Of a DNA stretch of 64,000 nt, positions 1 to 11,296 are shown piece after piece (position 1 is the first letter of the stretch; each line of letters starts with the position of its first letter). Source of the stretch: an uncultured Chloroflexia bacterium (GTDB lineage Bacteria; Chloroflexota; Limnocylindria; Limnocylindrales; CSP1-4); assembly GCA_963833225.1 (NCBI GenBank), contig CAWHXD010000008.1:896001-960000 (forward strand). Direction: 5' to 3'. A program made the translations under genes and the position numbers. The notes beneath the pieces were generated by a model. The model saw nothing but the letters and a program-made list of their open reading frames with translations, did not search any database and was not told the origin of the DNA.

Positions 1-945
1 GTTCGCTGGGATCCCATCTCGCTCGCTGCGCCACCGGCTCCCCCGCCCACCGTGATGGCGGCCCCAACCGCCTCACCATCGGAGACGCCGGCACCCGCAC
101 CGATCGCGCCGACCCCGGACCCGCTCGGGCCGTCGCCGACCCCGAGCCCGGCGCCGACGGTTGACCCCAACGCCGTGGCGAGGTTCCTTCGACCGCACGC
201 CTCCCCACCCGTCTCCGAATCGACGCCAGCTCCCTCACCGATGCCGTCTCCGTCGCCCGTACCCGTGGCGCCGGCTATCGACCTCGTGGTCGCCGAGCAG
301 GCGGGCGCCGTGGTGGAGCCGGTCAGGTCCGTCCCCGGGCCTGGTGGCATCACGCTCGACGTGCGCTATCCGACGGCACCGGGCCTGTACCGGCTGACCG
401 CGACGCTGCACACGCCGGAGGGCGTCGCGTATGACGCCGCCACGCAGGCGCTGCTCACGCCGGTGCTCGTCCGCGTCAGCGGGCCGTTCGCCGTGGCGTA
501 CGGCGTCCCGGCGACCCTGTCCGTGGGTGCCGGCGGAGCCTCGAGCGTGCCCGTCCGGGTCCTCAACGCGGGCTCAGCCCGGTGGAACGCGGTCGTGGCC
601 GCGCCACCCGGGCCGGACGGCGAGCCGATCGGGAGCGCCATCGTGCTGCCGTCGCTCGTCGGCACCTGGGTCTCGACCACCGGCAGCGAGGTGCCGGGGC
701 CCATCTCGGTCTCGCTTCCCGGCGATGCCTGGGCGCCCGGCGGCAGCGCCGACCTGGTCCTGGACCTCGTGGCCCCCGCCGAGCCCGGGAGCTACCTGCT
801 GCTCCTCGACGTCGTGGCCCCCGAGCACGGGCCTCTGTCCTCGCTGGGTGGGGAGCCGGCGATGATCCGGGTCACGGTCAACGCGCTGGCGACGCCGGCA
901 CCCACCCCGGTGGTGAGCGCCCCGACGTCCGCCATCCAGGATTAG
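1..945 (+). CDS. C-terminal part of a Pro-rich secreted protein with Ig-like domain(s); 5' truncated by window
   Basis: Frame open from base 1; PT/PS-rich linker, then beta-rich segment (VRVLNAGSARW...PGSYLLLLDVV); TAG at 943-945. Confidence 0.6.
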   Translation, partial: VRWDPISLAAPPAPPPTVMAAPTASPSETPAPAPIAPTPDPLGPSPTPSPAPTVDPNAVARFLRPHASPPVSESTPAPSPMPSPSPVPVAPAIDLVVAEQAGAVVEPVRSVPGPGGITLDVRYPTAPGLYRLTATLHTPEGVAYDAATQALLTPVLVRVSGPFAVAYGVPATLSVGAGGASSVPVRVLNAGSARWNAVVAAPPGPDGEPIGSAIVLPSLVGTWVSTTGSEVPGPISVSLPGDAWAPGGSADLVLDLVAPAEPGSYLLLLDVVAPEHGPLSSLGGEPAMIRVTVNALATPAPTPVVSAPTSAIQD

Positions 946-954
946 GTCCGGTCG

Positions 955-1683
955 GTGGCCGGCAACGCGGTCGCCGGCTTCCTGCCCTCCGTTCACGGCC
1001 TCCCGTTCGCCAACCGGTTTCCCCCGGGCCCGACGGTCCACCTGGGGCCGGTCGACACCCGCCTGTTCGGGTTCGGCGATGCGGCGGCCGGCCTGTGTGG
1101 TGGCATGGTCCTCACGGCGAGGGACCTGTTCGAGGCCGGGATCGTCGCGCCGGCGTCGCCGGCCGGGCCACCGGACAACGGCTCTCCCCGCTTCCGCGCG
1201 CTGGTCCGCCGGCAGGTGGAGTCGCTCGACTGGTTGCGAGTGCCGCTTCGCTACCTGGACCTCCAGGCCCTGCGACCGGATCCCCCCACGGGTCTCGCGC
1301 GCCGGCTCGGCCGCGAGCCACCGAGGGTGGACGCGGTCCTGCGCGAGTGGCCACGGATCCGCGCGGAGATCGATGCCGGCCATCCCGCGGTCGTCGGCCT
1401 GATCCGCGTGGCCGGCCTCTCGCCATGGGCGCTGGCCCACAACCACCAGGTCCTCGCCTGGGCCTGGCAGACCGAGGAAGGGCGGACGATCATCCGCGTC
1501 TACGATCCAAACCACCCAGGGCGGGACGACGTCGAGCTGCGGGTGTCGGTGGCGCCCGCGTCGCCGGATCCCGTCGCCCCCTGGCGCGAGCGGATCACCC
1601 TGGCCCAGAGCACGGGCGAGCCCCTGCTGGGCTTCTTCCGCCAGCCGTACCCGCCGGCGAGGCTGTCGCGCGCCTGGCGCTGA
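955..1683 (+). CDS. Hypothetical protein with putative papain-like Cys-His-Asp motifs
   Basis: 242 aa ORF 9 nt after upstream stop; motifs GLCGGM, HNHQVLA, VYDPNHP. Confidence 0.65.
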   Translation: MAGNAVAGFLPSVHGLPFANRFPPGPTVHLGPVDTRLFGFGDAAAGLCGGMVLTARDLFEAGIVAPASPAGPPDNGSPRFRALVRRQVESLDWLRVPLRYLDLQALRPDPPTGLARRLGREPPRVDAVLREWPRIRAEIDAGHPAVVGLIRVAGLSPWALAHNHQVLAWAWQTEEGRTIIRVYDPNHPGRDDVELRVSVAPASPDPVAPWRERITLAQSTGEPLLGFFRQPYPPARLSRAWR

Positions 1684-1702
1684 CCTCCCCCGCGAGCCGC
1701 CG

Positions 1703-2077
1703 TCAGCCGCGCCGGCGCGTCCGCTGCGTGCGGCCCGCGCTCGGACCGCTCGGCGCCTCGGCGTCGGTGGGGACCGGCGCCTCGGCCTCCTCGCGTGTTG
1801 CGCCGCAGTGGTAGCAGCGCGTTGCCGCCACGCCGTTGGAGGAGTGGCAGCGGTCGCAGAACCAGGGGGTGGTGGACAGGCCCGGCCGATGGTCGAGGGT
1901 GCGCCTCGTGGCCACCGGTCCATAGGTCCGCAACAGGGCCACGAGCTCGTCGATCGTGCCCATCAGCGCCCGGCGGAACACGGCCGCGAGGACGACCAGG
2001 AGCACGGCCACAAGGACGATCGGGATCACGACCTCGGGGGCGAAGGTGACCCCCTCGCCGCCCGTCATCGGCGTCAT
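1703..2077 (-). CDS. Small membrane-anchored protein with RanBP2-like zinc ribbon
   Basis: N-terminal hydrophobic helix; WFCDRC...N...RCYHCG. Confidence 0.65.
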   Translation of the reverse strand: MTPMTGGEGVTFAPEVVIPIVLVAVLLVVLAAVFRRALMGTIDELVALLRTYGPVATRRTLDHRPGLSTTPWFCDRCHSSNGVAATRCYHCGATREEAEAPVPTDAEAPSGPSAGRTQRTRRRG

Positions 2078-2154
2078 GGCGGCATCGTCCGCCCTGGGCG
2101 CGTCGCGTGCAAGGGGCCGGCGGAAGCCCGTTCGTCCCGCCGGTCCACGGCTGC

Positions 2155-4943
2155 CTACAGCGGCGGCAGGACCTGCCGATCACCCGGGAGCCCGGCCCAC
2201 AGGTCTCCGATCTCGGCGAGGCGATCCGCCAGGTCGTGCACGGTCCAGCGGTCCGGCGCGAGATCGGGATCGTCCAGCTCCGCCCACCGGATGGGGGCGG
2301 ACACCGGGGCTCCGGGGCGCGGCCGGACCGCGTACGGGGCGACGAGCGTCTTGATCGCGGCGTTCTGCGTGTAGTCGAGGCGCGCCCGGCCGCCACGATC
2401 GGCCTTGGACCACTCCCAGGACACGAGGTCGGGCACGGTGGCGCCAACGGCCCTCGAGAGCGACTCCACCCAGGCGCTCGTGTCGGCGTAGGTGTACCGC
2501 CCACGCTCGATGGGGATCCAGGCCTGGATTCCCCGGCTGCCCGTCAGCTTCGGATAGGCCCGGACCCCGAGGTGCTCGAGCGCCGTGCGGTACAGGCGCG
2601 CGAGCACGAGGGTCTCGTCCCAGCTGGTCGCGGTGCCGGGATCGATGTCGATCAGCGCGTAGGTCGGGGTCCAGGGATCGTCGGTCGTGCTCGTCCAGGC
2701 GTGGATCTCGAACGCGGCCTGGTTGCCCAGCCAGCACAGCGTGGCGGCGCGGTCGGCCACGAGATGGTCGTTTGGCTTGCGGTCCTCGCGCTCGCGGAAG
2801 CCCGTTTCGTGCCAGATCGTCAGCCACGCGGGGGCCGACGACGGGATGTCCTTCTGCCAGAACCCCGGCGCGCTGGCGCCATTGGGAAATCGCTGGAGGT
2901 TGAGCGGGCGACCGACGAGGTGCGGGAGCATCGCGGGTGCGATCCGCGCGAAGTACCCGATAAGGTCGCGCTTGGTGACGGGCGGCTCGCCCAGGCCGTC
3001 GCGGGGCGGGAACAGGACCTTGTCCAGGTTGGTGAGCTTGAGATCCTGCCCGGCCACGTGCCAGCGACCCTCGGACCCGAGGGCGGCGAGCGCGTCGAGC
3101 TCGGCGTCCGTGACAAGCCAGGCGGGGTCCGGAGTCACGCCGGGCGACGCGGCAGTGCGGCGGGATGCCGGCGACCGGGACGCCAGCACGAGGGGCTGGA
3201 CCGGGGGCCGGGCCAGCTCGGGTGACCGCCACGAGGCTCGCCTCGTCCGCTCGCCCGGCGGCTGCCGGGTTCACGGCCCGCTCCCGGACGACCTCGCGGG
3301 GATCACGATCGGGCTCAATCCCCTTGTAGGCCGTCTGGCGGACGTGGCCGTCCCGCGTCCAGCCGCCGATCTCGGCGCGGATCACCAGCTCCGGGCGTGT
3401 CCAGTGGACGCCCGCCAGGTCCCCGCCCCAGCGCCCGCGGTAATCCTGCGCCGGCGCGGGGTCGAAGGCCGGGGCATCCGTCCCAAGTTCATCGAGCCGC
3501 TGCCTGAGCATCGTGCGCGCGCGCCCGCCGAGGCCGGATCCGACCTTGCCGGCAAACCGGAGGTGCTCGCCCTCGTAGACGCCGACCACGAGCGCGCCGA
3601 GCTCCTTCGCGCTCCCCGCTCCCGGCGTCCACCCGCCGACGACCAGCTCCTGCTCCGGGCGCGCCTTGATCTTGAGCCAGGTCGACGCGCGACGTCCGGG
3701 CTCGTACCGGCTCCGCCGGTGCTTGGCGACGATGCCCTCGAGGCGCTGTGCCCTGGCGGCCTCGAAGAAGGCCACGCCCTCGGTCTCGATCGACGGCGGG
3801 ACCTGGACCCGGGCCGTGGGCCGCACGACCAGCTCCAGGAGGCGCTTGCGCTGCTCGAGCGGGACATCGAGCAGCGACTGCCCGTCGAGGTGGAGCAGGT
3901 CGAACGCCTGGAACACGAGCGGCACCGGCCGCCCCGACCGGCCGGCGCGTGATCCGCTCCTGGAGCAGGCCGAAGTCCGGCCGGCCGTCATCGTCGAGCG
4001 CGACCACCTCGCCGTCCACGATGGCCTCACGCGCCTCGATCCACGAGGGCGGCGTCAGCAGGCGCGGGAAGTAGGTCTCCGCGTCGTGGCCGTTGCGCGT
4101 GAACAGGCTCACCTTCCCGTCGCGGACCACCGCCTCCACGCGGTAGCCGTCCCACTTCACCTCGAACAGCCAGTCCTCGTCCCGGAACGGCTTCGTCGCC
4201 AGGGTGGCGAGCATCGGCTCCAGGTAGCGCGGCATCGGGGCCACGCGCGCGCCGGCAAGGTCGATCTCCGCGGTCGCGGCCGGGGCCTCGCTGACCCAGA
4301 TGGCGGGGGCGTTCGCCTTGACCTCGTCGTTCGTCCGGCCGGATCGGACGCTCGCGGGATGGTCCTCGGCGTTCCAGCCGGCCTCCGCCTCCGCATCGCG
4401 CTTCTTGATCAGCAGCCACTGCTCACCCTCGTCGTCCTCGAAGGCGGCGCGGGGAGCCGTGCCGGGACGCCGACTGGTCCGCACGATCGTGAAGCGGCCC
4501 TTCATCTTCGTCCCGTGGGCCGTGAACTTGAGCTCGCCCGCCCCGATGGCCTGGCCCGGGTCGGGCGTCTCGGGCTCCGGCTCCCAGGTCCCCCAGTCCC
4601 AGACGATGACGTCGCCGGCCCCGTACTGCCGGGCCGGGATCACGCCCTCGAAGTCGAAGTACTCGAGCGGGTGGTCCTCAACGTGGACGGCCATCCGCCT
4701 CGTCGCCGGGTCCTGCGTCGGCCCCTTCGGAACCGCCCACGAGACGAGGACGCCGTCGATCTCGAACCGCAGGTCGTAGTGGAGGCGCGTGGCCCGGTGC
4801 CGCTGGACGACGAACCGGCGACGGGACCCAGGGGGCACTCCGCCGGGACCGGGTCCGCCGGCGGTCGCCGGGGCGAGGTCGGCCGGCGGCGGCTCGGGCG
4901 TCTTCGCGAAGTCGCGCTTGCGGCGGTACTCCTCGAGGGGCAT
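2155..4943 (-). CDS. ligD: NHEJ DNA ligase D (phosphoesterase-ligase-polymerase order); frameshifts near 3940 and 3180
   Basis: MPLEEYRRKRDF, FVVQRHRATRLHYDLRFE (PE domain); FEVKWDGYR, EGIVAK, WLKIK (ligase); LTNLDKVLF, DIDPG, LDYTQN (PolDom), spread over three frames. Confidence 0.92.
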
Positions 4944-5104
4944 GGCGGGGAGTATGCCGGGTCGGCGCCGGAGCAAGGGGGCGATCGGCATGGGCCGGGG
5001 GGTCGGACGGGAACCCCATCGGGCGACCCATGGCCCATCCGGGCGCCCGACGGACACTGCATCGTCGTGCCGCGCGTCCGCTCCCCATTCATGAGGGCTG
5101 ATCC

Positions 5105-5551
5105 ATGCATCTCCAGGCCCGCCCCGCCGACGCCTCCCTGCCCCGCCCCCGCTGGGTATGGGTGGCCGTCGTGCTCGAGCTGTTCACGGCGCTGGGCGCC
5201 ATCCCCGTAGGCCTCCAGCTGATCACCGACCCCACCGGAGCCGCCGTCGGCTTCCCGCCCGGGTGGATCGAGGCGACGCCATTCGGCAGCTACCTGGTGC
5301 CTGGCCTGTACCTCCTGCTCGCGAATGGCATCGGGATGCTCATCCTCGCGGGGCTCTCGATCGGCCGCCACTGGGCTGCACCCTGGCTCACAGCAATTCT
5401 GGGCGCCGGCCTCGTGATCTGGATCGGGGTCCAGCTCGTGGTGATGCCGGAGACGTCCTTCCTGCAGGCGATGTTCGGAGTCATCGGCATCGCCCTGCTC
5501 GTGCTGGGCGCCGCCTGGCTGCGGCTGACCGGCCAGCTCCGGATCGGCTAG
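5105..5551 (+). CDS. Hypothetical membrane protein (~4 TM)
   Basis: 148 aa hydrophobic ORF, TPFGSYLVPGLYL motif. Confidence 0.7.
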   Translation: MHLQARPADASLPRPRWVWVAVVLELFTALGAIPVGLQLITDPTGAAVGFPPGWIEATPFGSYLVPGLYLLLANGIGMLILAGLSIGRHWAAPWLTAILGAGLVIWIGVQLVVMPETSFLQAMFGVIGIALLVLGAAWLRLTGQLRIG

Positions 5552-5607
5552 GCCGTTCCCGGCGGCCCGGCGTTGGTCCCCAACGTTCGCCGGGGGACCT
5601 CGCCGCC

Positions 5608-6560
5608 CTAGGACGCCTTGCGGCGGCGGGCCGGCTTCGGCTCGGTCCCGCCTTCGTCGGCGGCGGTCGTCTTCGCGGCCGAGGACCCCGTCCTCCCTTT
5701 CGCTCCGCGGGCGGCGCGCGCCTTCTTCGCGTCGGCCACCGAGACGGGTGCCGTTGTGCCCTTCGCCTTCTCGTCCGTCGCGGCCTTGACGCTCGCCTGG
5801 AGGAGCTTCATCAGGTCGACGAGGTTCGCGCTCTCCGCGACCGGCTCGGGCTGGGTGACCTCGACGCCGTCGATCTTGGCCTGGATGACGGACATCAGCG
5901 CCTCGCGGTACTCGTCCTTGTACCGCCCCGGGTCGAACGAGTCGGTCATCGTCTCGACGAGCTGCTCCGCCATGGCCAGCTCGGCGGGCTTGAACTCGTA
6001 GCGTCTCGTCGGGCAGGTCAAGGTCACCCGCTGACCGGATCTCGTCCGGCCAGTGGAGCGTCGTGAGCAGCATCGTGCCCTCGAACGGATCGAGCGCGGC
6101 GAGCGCCTCGCGGTCCCGGATCACGACCTTGCAGATGGCCGTGAGCTCCTTGGCGGCCAGCACCTGGCGCAGCAGGTAGAAGGCCTTGCGGCCGATCTTG
6201 TCGGGCTCGACGTAGTACGCCTGACGGGTGAACTGGGCGTGCTGCCGGGTGGCGTCGTCACGGGGCGCGAACTGCTCGATCTCGATCGACCGGACCGTCT
6301 TGAGGGGAACCTTCTCGAGGTCCTCGTCGGTGATCACCACGTACTGGTCCGGGCGCGTACTCGTAGCCCTTGACGGTCTCGCCGCGCGAGATGACCTTCT
6401 CGTCCTCGGGACACCAGACCTTCATCTGGATCCGCGACAGGTCAGTCTCGTGGAGCATGTTGAAGCGGATCGCGTAGTCGGATTCGGTCGCGGTGTAGAG
6501 CTTCACGGGGATGGTGACGAGGCCGAACTGGATGGCCCCCTTCCACATCGAGCGTGCCAC
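5608..6560 (-). CDS. ku: NHEJ Ku protein; frameshifts near 6350 and 6005
   Basis: MARSMWKGAIQFGLVTIPVKLY, VKGYEY, LLTTLHWPDEIR, FDPGRYKDEYREAL, basic C-terminal tail. Confidence 0.92.
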
Positions 6561-6704
6561 GGGCAGTGCTCCGTCTCGCGCGGTCTCGGGCTCCCGGCGG
6601 GTTCCCGGCCCGCCTGCCGATCCGGGACGGTGACTCTACCACTCGATGGCAAGCCGATCACGCGCCCCTCCGCGCGGTCACGGCCGATGGGCCCGCAGCC
6701 AGCG

Positions 6705-9014
6705 CTAGCGGACGATCACGAACGCGTCGACGTCCACGCGGTGGCGATGCCGGGTCCCGAGGACCTTGATCCTGAGCTCATGCGAGCCGGACGTCGCCCA
6801 CGATCGGGTCCAGACAACGGCCTGGTGCAGGACCTTCGCCCGCCGCAGGTCAACGGTCGCGACGCGCACGCCGTCGACGTAGACGGCGGCCCGACCCCGC
6901 TTGGCGCCCTTCGCGCCGATCCAGGCGATGGCCCTCCCGGTGAATGACCGGGTGACCGACGGTCCCTTCACCGTGGCCTTGAGCACCGTCCCGCCCGATG
7001 CCCACGACGGGCTCACGCGCTTCCAGGCGCCCGTGCGCTCGAGCGAGCGGCTCGTGTCCTGCGAGAGGACCGGCGCGGCCTCGTCGCTCTCTGCCCAGGC
7101 GCTCCAGTTTCCGGCGGCGTCCCGGGCCCGCACCCGCAGGGCATACGTGTGGCCGGGAACCATCCGGCGCTCGACGCTGCGGCTGGACGAACCGAGATCC
7201 GTTGCCGATCCCAGGCTGCCATCGACGCGCCATCGAACCTGGTAGCGACTGATGGAGCCGCCGGGGTCGGTCGCCGGTGACCACGTCGCGCGGGTGGCGA
7301 CGCCGTCACCGAGGACCCCGCCGGACCGGACCGCGATGACTGGCGCGACGGCCGTCGGCGTCACGCTGTCCACGGTCAGCGGGAACGTGGAGGTGCGCTC
7401 GCGGGTGCCATCGGTGGCCGTCACCGTGATCTTGTAGGTGCCGCTCGGGGTCGCCGGCGGGACGCTTGCCTCCATCGTCGTGGCGACGGCATCCTGGCCG
7501 GTCAGCTGCGTGTCCGCGAGCGTCACGTCGAGCGGCGGATCGGCCGCGACCTCGAGATCCACCGCGTCCGGGAAGTCCTCGGCACGGAACAGCTGGATCG
7601 GGAGGTCGAGGGTCCCGCCGCCGGCGTTCACCAGCGCGGAATGGGACGAGCCGGGGGTCGCGTCGACCGTGAAGTCGCCGAGGGCCACGATGTGCGACAC
7701 GTCCAGCAGCGGCTCGTGCCGGGAATCCGGGTCCGTGGACAGCTTCCAGTCGAACGTCCCGGCCGCGATCAGCGCGTCGCGGACCTGGGCGGGCGTCGCG
7801 CCGGGGCGAGAGGACAGGTAAAGCGCGGCCGCCCCGGTCACGTGCGGCGCGGCCATCGAGGTGCCCGAGATGTACCCGTACGCGTTGCCGGGCAGCGTCG
7901 AGAAGATGCACTTGCCGGGGGCGATGAGGTCGACGTCGTGGCCGTAGTTGGAGAAGTCCGCGAACGTGTCGTCGACGTCGTACCCGCCCCAGGAGTAGCA
8001 GAGCGGACCGCCCAGGCCTCCGGGCTTGCCGTCGGTGTCCGCGAGAGCAGAGACCGTGATGACCTCGTCGTAGCTGGCCGGCTTGAGCTTGCTGGCGTTG
8101 AAGTGGTTGTTCCCGGCCGCCGCCACGACCGTCACCCCCGCCGCGACCAGCCGGCAGATCGCCCGGTGCATCACGTCCTTCGTCGTGTACCCGCAGTTGC
8201 CGTCGTCGCTGCCCGACCGGGCGACGGACATGTTGACGGCCTCGATCAGCGGCCGGCTGGGGTCGTTCGGGTCTCGCTGGGCGGCGATCCAGTCCAGCCC
8301 GCACACGTACCACGAGACCAGGCCGTTGCCGGCCGAATCGAGGATCCGGACCGACCACAGGCGGACGCCGGGCGCCACGCCGACCACGCCGATGCCGTTG
8401 TCCAGCGCGCCGACGGTGCCGGCGACGTGGGTGCCATGGCCGTTGGGATCCCCCCAGCTGTTGGGGTTGTCCGTGGAGCACGAGATCCCACCCACGATGT
8501 TGAGGTCCTCGTGGGCGCGCGTGGTCCGCCCGCCGATTCCCGTGTCCACGATCGCGACGTCCGCGTCGACCTGGGGATCCGCGCCGTTGATGTCCGCGAC
8601 GAGGCTGTCCTTGCCGCTGACCCGGCGGACGCCGGTGGGGACGGACTGACCGGCGATGGAGATGATCTCGTCGGGAACGATCGGCGTCGACATCGGGGTC
8701 GAGACGGAGCGCCGCCAGCTGGCCCGGGGTGAGCCTGGCCGAGAAGCCGTGGACCGCGTACCGGAAGGTCGCGGTCGGCGGTGACGCCCATCCTGCCGGC
8801 CCGCAGCTCGATGTCGTCGGGGCCCTTGCCGTCCTTGAGCAGGACGATGTAGCGCCCATCCGCCGTGAGCGGCGCCATGGATGGCCGCGTCCTCGGCGGC
8901 CGCCAGCGCCTCCGCGCTCGCAGGGCCATGGGCAGCCGCGGCGGGTTGCGGGGCTGCGGGGCCCGCGGCGAACGCGAGCAGGAGCGCGAAGGCGAGGGGC
9001 GTCGCGCGTCGCAT
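6705..9014 (-). CDS. Secreted S8 subtilisin-like serine protease with propeptide and C-terminal FN3/beta domains; frameshifts in propeptide region
   Basis: Signal peptide; VDTG, HGTHVAG, AAAGN, GTSMAAPHV; YALRVRARDAAGNWS FN3-like motif; GGAGG RBS. Confidence 0.9.
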   Translation of the reverse strand: MRRATPLAFALLLAFAAGPAAPQPAAAAHGPASAEALAAAEDAAIHGAAHGGWALHRPAQGRQGPRRHRAAGRQDGRHRRPRPSGTRSTASRPGSPRASWRRSVSTPMSTPIVPDEIISIAGQSVPTGVRRVSGKDSLVADINGADPQVDADVAIVDTGIGGRTTRAHEDLNIVGGISCSTDNPNSWGDPNGHGTHVAGTVGALDNGIGVVGVAPGVRLWSVRILDSAGNGLVSWYVCGLDWIAAQRDPNDPSRPLIEAVNMSVARSGSDDGNCGYTTKDVMHRAICRLVAAGVTVVAAAGNNHFNASKLKPASYDEVITVSALADTDGKPGGLGGPLCYSWGGYDVDDTFADFSNYGHDVDLIAPGKCIFSTLPGNAYGYISGTSMAAPHVTGAAALYLSSRPGATPAQVRDALIAAGTFDWKLSTDPDSRHEPLLDVSHIVALGDFTVDATPGSSHSALVNAGGGTLDLPIQLFRAEDFPDAVDLEVAADPPLDVTLADTQLTGQDAVATTMEASVPPATPSGTYKITVTATDGTRERTSTFPLTVDSVTPTAVAPVIAVRSGGVLGDGVATRATWSPATDPGGSISRYQVRWRVDGSLGSATDLGSSSRSVERRMVPGHTYALRVRARDAAGNWSAWAESDEAAPVLSQDTSRSLERTGAWKRVSPSWASGGTVLKATVKGPSVTRSFTGRAIAWIGAKGAKRGRAAVYVDGVRVATVDLRRAKVLHQAVVWTRSWATSGSHELRIKVLGTRHRHRVDVDAFVIVR

Positions 9015-9152
9015 GAGGCCTCCGGAGTTCACTGGCGCCGATCCCGGGGGACGCTCGCGCCTCTCCCGGTCGTCACACAGGGTGCCTCCCCGTGATCGTG
9101 CCGAGTATGGCCCAGTGGTCCTGCCCGCACCAGTCCGGGCGAGTCCGTGACC

Positions 9153-10460
9153 TCAGGACGCCGTGCCGCCGGTCAGCCGGAGCTCGGCTTCCGCCTCCGT
9201 GACGCGGGCGAGGATCCCTGCCCGCATGGTGTCCAGGCCATCGGACACGGCCTTGCTCACCGTGGCCATCGACGTCAGCTGCGTCTTCAGGCTGCGGATG
9301 GCCTCGAGCTGCTCCTTGACCCCGGTCAGGGCGCGGCTGATCGCCGTTGCGTCCACCTCCACCTCGCGGTCCCCCAGCTTGACCAGCGCCAGGAGCCGGG
9401 CCAGCCGGACCGCGGCCTCGAGATACGACGGGTCCGGTGCCTCTGGGTCAACCACGACATGGACGTCCTCGCCGACGACCGTGAACGGCGCGATGCCCGT
9501 GGGGGCGTGCCGGGTGCTCCAGGCCGCGATCGCGACGGTGGCACCGCGGTTCTCGCGCGCCTCACGGAGCTCGTCACGCATGGCGCGTGGCGACATCGTG
9601 CGGTCCTTGGCCTCCACCACGAGCCGGACGTCCGCGCCGCGCGTCAGCCGCGGGTCCAGCGTCAGCACGAAGTCGCCCTTCTTGGTTCCCGACGAGGGCG
9701 CCGGTCTCGGTCGCCGGTCCGGTCCAGCAGGTCGCCGGCACCGCGCGCCAGCGTCGCCGAGCATGCGCCTCGAGCAGGTCCTCGAAATCGCCGCCCTTGG
9801 CCGCCGACCGCGAGCGCTCCTCGGCGCGCGCCCGGCTCGCCGCCTCGATGGCGGCCAGGCGCTCGTGGACGACCGCGGAACCCCTCGCTGATCTCCTGGC
9901 GGAACTGGTGGAGCGGCGAGCCGAGGCGCGTCGGGTCAAGGAGCAGGGCCAGCCTGGAGGCGTCCCCGTCGAAGTAGGTGCCCAGGAGGCCCCCGCATCC
10001 GGCCGATCGCCGAGTCCCGCTTCGGTCTCATCGAACAGCTCGTTGACGAAGGTGGCGCAGCGCGCCGCGATCGCCAAGGAACCGCTCGAGGGTGCGCGGC
10101 AGGCGGCCGTCACCGTCGGCGAAGTTGGCCCGGAGCACGTCCTCGACGGCTTTGGCTGCCTGCTCGTTGGCCGCGGTCGTCTGGGCGATCAGCTTCTCGA
10201 ACTCGCGCCGGACGACATCGGTGTCCATGGACGTGGCGGCATCCTGGAGCGCCAGCAGGCCGATCCGGCAGCGCCCGCTCCACGATCGCCGGACGGTCCG
10301 CCTCGTCGCGCTCCGCGAGCGAGGCCGCGAGCGCCCCGTCGGCCAGGATCAGGCGCTCGACGAGGATCCGGTCCCCGTGCACGCGCACGGAGGGGCCGAC
10401 GGATGGCCGGCGCACCGGCGAGCTGGCGGGGGTTGGCAGCGGGAGGATTCGGGCTTCCAT
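9153..10460 (-). CDS. Coiled-coil protein with putative PD-(D/E)XK nuclease-like domain (DUF2130/RmuC-like); several frameshifts
   Basis: Pieces MEARILPL..., MDTDVVRREFEKL..., KGGDFED, KKGDFV...VVEAKD across ORFs 10110-10460, 10028-10228, 9574-10113, 9153-9764. Confidence 0.6.
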
Positions 10461-10489
10461 GGGCGCATCCTGGACGCCACCCGTGCCAC

Positions 10490-11123
10490 CTAGGGTGTCA
10501 CTCGGCGAAGGTGAGGCGATCTGCCCGCGAGATCCCGATCAGGACGCGATGGGACGCACCGGCGACGGCGGGCCGCACCCCGATCGGCCGCCGCGACCGT
10601 TGGCGGCTGCGCCGCCGGTGACGGCTCCGCCCGCAGCTGCACGGCGATCTCGGCCGCCCAGGCACGCACCCGCTGGACGTTCACAGGCCCCATCTGCGTC
10701 GACGGGATCGGCGTCGGCCGGCAGGCCGATCGGCCCGAACACGGCCGCCCCACGAGCACCGACGGACCGGGCCACGGCGCTGACGCTGCAGTCGCCGGGC
10801 GCCGCGGGAGCCGGGCCGACACCCCGCAGCCCGCGGCCGATCGGACCGGCGGAGAACAGCCACAGCGGGCGGCCCTCGATCGCCGTTGCATGGCGCGTCA
10901 GGAACCCCCCGCCGTCGGATCGCCGGCGCGGCACGAACACGCCGCTGCCGAGCACGACAGCCGCATAGGGGGAAGGATCGGCAACCTCGGATGCCACGCG
11001 GCAGTCCACGGTCAGGCCCGAGCGACGCAGCACACCGGCGATGGTGGCCGCGATCCCGGCCGTCGAGCCCGCCTGGCTGGCAAACGCGACGAGCACGCGC
11101 GTGTCGCTCCGTGTGTCGCTCAT
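10490..11123 (-). CDS. Flavodoxin-domain protein (HemG-like); frameshift near 10680, 3' end uncertain
   Basis: RVLVAFASQAGSTAGIA, YAAVVLGSGVF, LWLFSAGP, RVRAWAAEI. Confidence 0.75.
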
Positions 11124-11296
11124 GGCTGCTCCCGTGGTGCTTGCGGGGATCGTGGGGCGGGGCGTTGGCACACGGGAGGGTCGGGGGCCCCGTATTTCGG
11201 GGGGCCGGTGCAGGCCATGACGGGGGCTCGACGGCCCGGGCCGAACGGCCGGTGATCCGCGGGCCTGCCCCCGTGATCCCGGCCCGACGGTGCCGC

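Noticed and set aside
2155-6560. Programmed frameshifting in ligD/ku
   Set aside because: Similar indels occur in many unrelated genes, with no slippery-site pattern.
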